Shown here: positions 38,352 through 47,300 of the stretch, one piece after another
Numbering within the stretch: the stretch's first letter is position 1
Layout of the letters: every line of letters starts with the position of its first letter
Origin: Oculatellaceae cyanobacterium bins.114
GTDB taxonomy: Bacteria; Cyanobacteriota; Cyanobacteriia; Elainellales; Elainellaceae
NCBI GenBank assembly: GCA_033764315.1
Contig: JANRJA010000191.1
Coordinates: forward strand, 21,249 to 85,248
Length of the DNA: 64,000 nt
Direction of reading: 5' to 3'
Notes under the pieces: model-generated
What the model saw: only the letters and a program-made list of their open reading frames with translations
What the model was told of the DNA's origin: nothing
Database searches by the model: none
Position numbers and translations under genes: made by a program

Positions 38352-41300
38352 TTAAGGGGCGATCGCTACATTCGCTGGGCTAGCGAAGTCAGCGACCATC
38401 GACGGCTCAAGAAAATAGTGAGCAACAGCAAGAAGTTCAGGAGGGTTAGAGGACTCAGACTGGCTATCTTTAGAGGTCGCCAGCAGACCAAGAGTAAACA
38501 TGTAACGCCCTGATTGAGACCCTTCATTTTGCCAGGAAAGAATTTGTGCCTGTATTTTCGGTAATTCGGCAATCAACTTAAGGGTGTTCAACGATGGCGT
38601 TAGGGGTTGCTCATGAGCAACGACGGTTTGAATCTTACCTGCTTTCTCTGGGGTGACATGTTGAACAATGAACTGTAGGGTGTAGGCTTTGTCCGATAGA
38701 ACGGTTTGCAGGAAAAGCTGCCAATCAGGCAACTGACGAACCTGATCCAGCACGTTTTCGAGATGGGCCGCCAGGATACGAGAAACGGGGATATTGTCGG
38801 ACGTTTTGAGGGTAGCAATATTCTGGTTGGGCTTGAGATATTCAAAAATGTCGGTTAGTGCCAGAGAGAGGTGTTCAATCTTGAGCAGAGGCAGGTTGAG
38901 GTTATCGGTCGTGCTTAATGCATCGGCGGTTTGGGGTTGGGCAGCAAAGATGCTAAGGCTGAAAATATAACGCCCCTTGGCTTTGAGGGGTTTTTTGTCG
39001 CTGTGCCAGTTGAGAATTTCATTGGTGATGTTGTCTTGAAGTGAGTCAGTACGCTGAGACATGGTTTGCTGCGAATTGGACTCGCCCGACGCAGCGGGGA
39101 TGGCAAAGCGGGGGCTGAGGAAAACGGGCAGGGAGGAAAGCAGATCATCCTCCAGACCTGGATCGCCTAAGACCAGAGCAAAGGCATACTGGCAGGAAAT
39201 ACGGATGTCGTAGGGGCGATCGCTCTGCTCAGGTAAGAGGGTGTTGAATAGCAACTCAATGTGGCGGCGCAAAGGACGAATCAGGGGCAGGTTTGAGGCA
39301 GGTTCAGATGGGGTTCGGAGGGTGGCGATGTTCCAGCGATGGGGATTGGTCAACAGTGGAGAGAGGCGATCGCCAAACCGAACTTCTGGAGTTTGGAAGA
39401 CAAAGGCAGGATTTGTCATCATCCCAGGCACCAACCCTTTATTGCGGGTGAGCCAGATCGACCCCCAGGCATTTTGCTGATTGATAATGTCTAAGCTAGG
39501 CAAGATCAGCTTGCGATCGGGAATATCTGATTCACCAAACTTTTGCACCAGGCTTGTGTCAGCCAGAGGCGTGAACTCGTAGAGTTGGGAGGTGATGGGC
39601 GTACTGGAGGTACGACGGGCTTGTTCGCCTTCTGGGGAAATGGTCTCCTGGTACTCCGGCAGTTGAATTTGCGGGAAGCGGTTAGTGGCGATCGGAGTTA
39701 CACCCTGTTGGTCAACCTGCACCAGTTGAGATTGGCTATCCGCTTCGGACAGCGGTTGAGCGGTCAGGGTCGGCAGAGCACGGATCGTCACCTGTCGCTC
39801 AGACGTGTCAGGATTTTGCATCTCCACAATCTTTTCTTCGATGCTGTAATCGGCTGAGCGAGATTCATGCAACCGTACAATTTCCAACCAAGCAGACCAT
39901 TGAGTTGCTACCTGGTTTACCAATTTCACCAAGGCTTCCACCGCTTTTCTGACTTTGTTAGCAGTGTCCTGATTCGTCAATTCTTCAGTTGTCAGTTGTT
40001 GCAAGTCAGGGAGTAATTGCGGGTACACCACACTAAAGCGCACCAAAGCGTCAAATAGCGTTTCTTGCTGCGAATCCTCCACAGTGCCACGGATTACCTG
40101 AGCCTCTGCCTCGGCTTCTGACACGTTGTAAAGGATGCGAGTTTCGATGGCATCTTGAGCGATATCAGGATGCTCATAAACCAGTTCATATTGCCATTCC
40201 CGCACTTGCTCTAACCGAGCCACACTATCCGGATCGGCATTAGCCTGCTGCAAAATGAGGGAGGGTGACAGAGGAAAAGTCCGCAGCGGAACCGGAATCC
40301 GAACCCGACCTAAGTAATTGGGAATGCTGGTGTTGGCATGGGTGAGAATGACTCCCTGATGAGCGTTTAGAGTTTGCTCACCCAGTTGGGTTTTAAGATC
40401 GGTTAGGAACTCAGACTGGACGACCCACTGTTGACCCACCAGGGGTTGCAGGGCTTCCAGAATAGAATCGGACAAACCTGCCGTTCGTAGGGCTTCTATA
40501 ACCCCAGTTGTCATCTGGTAGTCATCCTGCCCATCGTTCTCTTCGAGGGGCAACACAAACCGCAGCCAGGATGATACTTGATGGGCTTCGTCGATGTTGT
40601 ACTCCAGTTCGTTTGCCTGATACATCAGCGGCAGTTCAAAACCTTCTTCAAACCGTTCTGGAGTTTTGGTGTTAAAGAAGAAGGTGAGGTGAGCCGGATA
40701 GTCAGCACGGGGATCGAGCGGAATCTTGGCAGGAGACAAGGTAAAGTCGGGGGTGGAGGGGGAAGCAGAGGAGTTAGCAGGGGTAATGACAATCGGTTTC
40801 CCAGCTAGACGGGGCACTACAGATTGGGGTACCTGCCGCCGCCAGGGTTGCTGATTAGCAACTGCCACCTCCACGTTGTATTGAATGATGGTTTCAATGT
40901 CATAGGCTTCTGCTAGATTGACCCGCAGTTCTCGCAAGAGAGTATCTGCCGCTGCCTGCAACCGCTTAAATTTGGTGGTGTCCGCTGCACCTGAAGGTGT
41001 GAGAGAGAGGATGTTTGTGACCTGTTGACTGATGGCGATCGCCAATGTCTCTTTCTGATCCAGAATGGCTTTAACCGAATCATTCAGATTCAGGCGAGAC
41101 AGGGCAGGAATAACACTTTCGGGACGCAAAAAGGCTTCCACAGCCGCCAAAAAATCGCGTGCCAGACGATTCAAATCCACTGTGTCAAATCGTTGTTCTG
41201 TGGTGGACTCCTTCGACTCATTCAACCCACTGCCTGAATCATAGGCGGGAATTTTCACGTTGCCAGCCATCAGCGTATTCGCCAGCGGAGCCGCTGTAAA

Positions 41301-44300
41301 GAAGAAGGGTACGGCCTCTTTGATGTCGTAACGCAAACCCATTTCTCCCACATGCACTGCCCAGAGACTTTGAGTGCTCTGATCAACCGACTCTGTAGCC
41401 GTGGCACTAGAGGGGCGATCGCCACTGGTCGCCAATCGCAAACCCGGAAAAGCAGATTGGAAGCGGGTCGCAAAGGCTTCTAAAGAAGTCGTGCGATCGT
41501 GTTCTGAGGCACTAGTCGCCGCCATTCGGGGCTTAAACAAAGCAGTTGAAGTTTGCACCGTGAGCATCGATTGCACCGTTGGGTGAATCAACTCAGCTTG
41601 GCGGCGAATGTCTACCTGAACCGTAACTGGGGTAATTAATTCCTTGGCATAGCGCAGCTTGTTGTTGCTATCGGTGAGGGGCAAGGTCAGAGTGTAGTGA
41701 GCCTGCTGAGGAGGAGGGATCAGGCGTTGGTTGGGATTGAGTAGCCCTTCAATGAAGGCGATCGCCTCTGCTACTTGAACGAAGGTAAACCGTTGTCCCA
41801 AGTGTGAGTCGATCCAATCCAGCGATTGCCGCAGCAGACGCACTTCGACCTGCATCCGCTGATTCAGGGTCAGGGCTAGATTACGGTTACTCCCCGACCT
41901 CTGGTTCAGAAGAAAGGTGTGCAGTTGGGTGGCTGCCTCCGGATCAAACTGATTCTGAATAGCCTCCACCGTCCGTAGGCGAGCCAGCAGCGAATTTTCA
42001 AGGGAAGCTAGATTGGTCTCAGCTGCATTAATCTCGACCTCCTGGCTCTTAAGCCAGCGACGACCTGCATCCACCATCAGAGAGAGCACCCTAAACACCT
42101 GTTCCATCCGCACCTTGAGACTGTATAAGGTTTCGTGGGGGCGGGTTTTGGGATTCGTGAGGAAGCCTTGAACCGCCTCAAGGAGAGGCTTAAGGCTTGT
42201 GCGGGTCGATGCATCCCAAATAGAACCAAAGTGGAGTTTATCGGTAGTCGCTTCGGAGATGAGCAGGGATGCCAGAGAGAACAGCGGGCTAGAGTCAGAA
42301 AGCAGGTTGACATCAGCGTTCAACAGACCATCAACCTGTTGATTGGCGATCGCCACATCCACAGCGGTCAATGGCACCCCTATCTCAAAACTGAGAGCAG
42401 CAGTGGCTCCAACTAGAGAGCCATTGGAATTAGTGATGGCGTTGCTCTGAGTAAAACGTACCCGCTGGGGAATCTCCAGGGTTTGCGCGGAAGTGAGTTT
42501 TTTAGTTTGATTTTGCAGGGCGATCGCCACCACTGTCAGTTGATCGGCTTCTAGAGTGATGTAGGGAGAGATGGAAGGATTTTCGCTCAAAGCCTTGATC
42601 TTTTGCTGCACTCCCTCTAGGCTGTCCTTCGCTCGCCAGGGATAGTCTACTCCAATTGCAAGCCGCACATTCGCCAAAAGCAGCCCCTCTTCGGTTGCCA
42701 GTTGGGCGATCGTGCGTCCTGTTTTGGCGGGCAAAGTGATTAATCCTAATGTATCAGTGGCTGTCACAGCATAACCATTGATGATTTTTTTGGTGTTCAA
42801 CAGGTTAGGCACATCCTTAAATTCCTCCCACAACTGTTGAATCTTGGCATCTACCTCAACCATTTTTGGGGTTTTCAAATTACTGCTAGATAGAGCCGCC
42901 ATGCCTCTAGCGGTAGCAACATCTTCTAGAAGGGTTTCTGCTCGCACAAGGGCGATCGCCAGGGTAGACAGGCTGTGAGTTGAGAGAACCTCCCACTCTA
43001 CCGGAATCACAATCTCTGTACCAGCGGGCCAGAGGGGAGCAACGGTGCGATTGGTCTGAGCCAGATCGACAACCGTGGTGTTATAGAGGGTCGCAACACC
43101 TGCCAGGGTTTCCTGTGAGGTAACGGGGTGAGTGACTGGCTTTACTTCATCTAGAGCAGACAGGTAAGCCTGAGCGCGATCAACAAATTGAGTAAAGAAA
43201 GCAGTCCATGTGGTAGTTGAACTGGTTGGCTCGGATGGGAAGCGGTAGGGAATATACAGCTCTGCTGGAGTAGCCCCCGAATTCAGATGCAAGTCTCGAT
43301 TGCGCTGAACCAACCCTTCCAGGCTGAGGGCATCGGCAGAGAGTCGCACCTGCTCTGTATGGAAGGGGAGGTGTTGAGCCACCAACTGCACTTTTTGGAG
43401 GATGATATCGAGGCGATCGCCCTTCTGCCAGGTGTAATTGAACGTCAACGGCCACGCTACATCCGTTACCCACAGCGATGACTGGTCAAGCAGCCTAGTC
43501 ATCACCTGGTCTGGGGTGAGGTTAGCCACCTGAGCCAGATCAGCCAGGGTATCGCCAAATCGGATGGAGTAAGCTAGCGAATTGGTGAGGGAAACGACTC
43601 GTCCAGTCTGCAACAGGTGAGGATAATTGCCAATAGCCCGCAACAACCGCTCCCTAAAGTTCGTTCGTTTTGTATTAGCGTCTGCACCAGACAACGGAGG
43701 TAGACTGCGCATTTCTTCGAGAGCTTCCGCAAGTGGATTGTTAGGAACAGCGTGATTCAAGACCGCCTCCAGTCGTGCCCCCAAATCGATTACCTCGTTT
43801 AGACTGAGAGGCTGCTTTAGGGTGAGCGTCAGGGGAATGTGGAGTACATCTCCGGGGGCAAACAGATTGACAAGCCCCTGGTTAGGCGAACCTAGCGTTT
43901 CTACGGGGACGTTATAGGTCTGAGCTAAAGCCGTCAGGGTGTCGTTTTGACGGAGGGTGTGGAACGTCCACAGCAACGAAGTTTGAACGGCGAAAGTAAC
44001 ATCGGATTGATGCAGCTGATAGGAAACTTTTTCAAAGGTGGTGCGATCGCCCCGAATCTTTTGACGCACCTCTTCTGGATCGGCTCCCTCTGCTACCTGA
44101 TAGGGGGTCTGATCCAACACCAACTCCAGTTCCAGGTCAACCGTGTTCGCTACCGATCCGGGTTTAAAGCTATAGCTTTCCGACACCGATGGCCACTGGT
44201 TGATGCCCACTACTTCATCGAAATAGCGAACCTCTAACGTGTCTGGCAGAACGGGCTTATCCGTCAGCCGATTGCCAAACAAATCTTGCCAGTAAAATTC

Positions 44301-47300
44301 CACACTGACCGCTGCATCTGCTGCAATGCCTCGATAGGGATTCAGGGCACCCTGTTGAGCAGCAACGGGATTCGCCAGAGAGGATACCGGAATCACCCGC
44401 TCATAAATCCACCAATTATCATCCTTTGTGGTGGTGGGGTCATCGGCGATCGGGCCGAGGGGCAACCCCTCAGGGCTGGTGGCAAACCGGGAGTTGTTAC
44501 TCGGCTTCGCGGCATCCTTCACCTGATAGCCCAGCAATTGGTACAGGTTTGCCAGATCATCCTCTCCCGATTTATCTTTGGGGTCAAACGGAATTCTCTC
44601 TCGCTCCACGCGAAACCCGATATTTCCGGCTGGAATGTTCAAAACGTTGACCCGCTGGGGACTCTCGATATAAAAATCCACCTCATCGTCGTTGCCGATG
44701 TTCCCTGGCAAGGCGTCTGGTTTAACCGCCACACAATTTTGGAATGGATAGACTTGCTGCCCATCTCCTGCTTGAATCAGGAGCACCAGACTTGCCTCCG
44801 AGCCGTTTTTAAATAACGCCTCTGACAATTCTGCTGATGCACTATTAACGTTGAGGTAAAAGCCTCCATCCTGGAGGGCTGTACTTTCCAAAATCATTTG
44901 CAGGAAGCGATTCACTTTATCCGCCTGCAAGGATGCAACATAGCCCGAATTGGTTTTATTCAACGCCAGGTTGGTCTTCAGCAGCAACACCTGAGACGCC
45001 GACAAACTGGTTAATACGCTGTCTACAGAGGCTCCGTTGGGCAGGCTGTTTCCACTCCCGGTGTATTGAGTGGCATAGAGCAGATGCAAGGTGGGAGTAG
45101 CATCCGATTCTAAAATGGCGTCGAGCAGCCGCTTGCCCGGTTCATCCGTGCCCACCATCAGGTAGGTATGGGGGAGGGGCACTCCCGTATCCGGCTGACG
45201 GATCTGGCGGATGGTTAAGGGCACACGGGTCATCCACTGACCTGCCACCACTGGGTCTTGGGCGATCGCCACTGGTTTTCCAGCCTGGGAGGTGGTGTTC
45301 GCTCGGAGGCTCAAGTTCATGCCATTAGGAAAGCTTTGCAGGGCAGCCTGCAAATCGGTGGGAAGCTCCAACAGATAGTCACCTTTTCCAGAGGTGCCAG
45401 GGGACCAGATGCTCTGATTGCGAACCGAGTAGCGAGGCGGAACGGCGTTGTAGAAAGGGATCAGGGCGGCTCGTCGCACCTGTTGGGTAATTCGAGTTGA
45501 CTTCGCTTGCTGAAGCAAATTCAAGGTTGTGGAAGCATTCGCATCTGTGTAGCGGAGTGAGGCACTGGGTTGACTGATGTTGGTGCCATCGTAATCCGTG
45601 AACTGCACCCAGGTGAGGTCATCAGGCTTTTGAAACACCAACGTCTCCAACTGGCTGGCCTGAGTTACAGAGAACTGTTGACCCGTAGCCACATACAGAC
45701 CTTGGGTCAGCAAACTAGCTGGATTGCTGGTGCTGTTCGTTTCGGTGGGGGTGGGAGTGGGAGTGGGAGTGGGAGTGGGAATCCGTAACCCATGCAGCAA
45801 GAAGCGAGAGATCGTCCCTGCCATGTGGTTAAAGGAGGGCGTGGTATTTAACCCATTCAGCAGATCTATTAAAGATGTGGTGTAACCCAGGCGAGAAGTT
45901 GTCTGAGTCTCAATTTCAGCCTCCACATAGTCGATCGCACTTTGTAGACCCAAGCGGATCAGCAACAGGAAGTAGTCTGCAAAAATCAACTCAGCAATGG
46001 AGAGTGACGCACTAATCGTATTCTCAGTAGATGAAATAGCCCGTGGCTCGGCACTATTGCCATGACCCGCCAGAAAATAGCGCGTGTAATTACGAATCTG
46101 CTGGAGGTAGGTTGGTTTGTGTTTGGGTTGGTCAAATCGGGTGGTGCTTTCAGCCGTACCACTTCCCAATTTCATGATCAATTGCGGCAGCATGGGGAAG
46201 AGAGAACCACTCAGCATCTCTTGGCCGATGAGGCGATCGCTGATGTCAAAGACAAAATTGTCCTTCAAGAAAGTTCCTAGATCGGTCAAGAAGGAGGGAA
46301 TGTTGGCTTGGGACTCAAAGTGGTCGATGAATGACTGATAGAGATCCTCCAGGCTATCCAGAGACAATCGTGCCGTTTCTGGGTTAAATCGGGTCTGGTT
46401 GGGGGTATAGGCGTGGATCGCCCAAATCAGTAACGCCTTGGCCAACACATCAAAGTCAGTGTCGATGTCATGAGGGGCATTGGCAATGGCTTCGGGCTGA
46501 TCTTCGCCTTTAGGGATAAAGTTTTCGATAAACAGCAGAGCAATACCATAGCTTTCATACTTTATTGGGTCTGTTGTTGCTGCGCCTGCCGTTGTTGTGC
46601 TGGTTGCCGTGGCATTGGTCGTCGCATTGAGGTTTTCTCTGCGGGTTAGAGCCACTTGCAGGTACAGGTTGATGATGGGTTTTGTGGGGGTGCCACCCGA
46701 TTCAGGCTTCGGTTCAGACGATTGGGATTGTTTAGCCCATTTCGTCATGTCCAGGGTGAGGGATGCCCAGGAGAGCGATCGCACCCCTTCCTCAATCAGT
46801 CCTACCAAATTAGTAACGCGGATGGGCGGTGAGGCAACTGGAGCAATTGGGGTAGTGAGGGGGTGGGTAGGAGTTGCAGCAGTTGCCCTAGCAGGAACAG
46901 TCACCGTTCCCCGTTGCAGAGGCATCGCCACCTGGGGTTGGCGAGAGCGATCGAGGGCAGGCATGGCTCCTGCGGCAGCGACCTGCTTTAAACGCCAGGG
47001 GGTTGGGCTGGCGGAACCCAAAATGAACTCCTGCCGAATCTTCAGGCTGAAGCTGAAATGGATCCGAATAAAGACAATCTTGATCGAAGCTCGCACGGAT
47101 ACTTCTGCTTCCAGGGCTAACAGAATGGGCTGGTAGCATTCCACCACAAACAGGATCGCCACCCGCACAATCACCTCTACCTCTACCGTGATGACGGAGA
47201 AATCGACAATGCCGTAGAGCCGACCAACGATCGCCACTCCCCCCTGAATCTTGTAGTAGACATCTTTGGCAACGGTGGGATCGGAGGGTTTGAACCAGGC

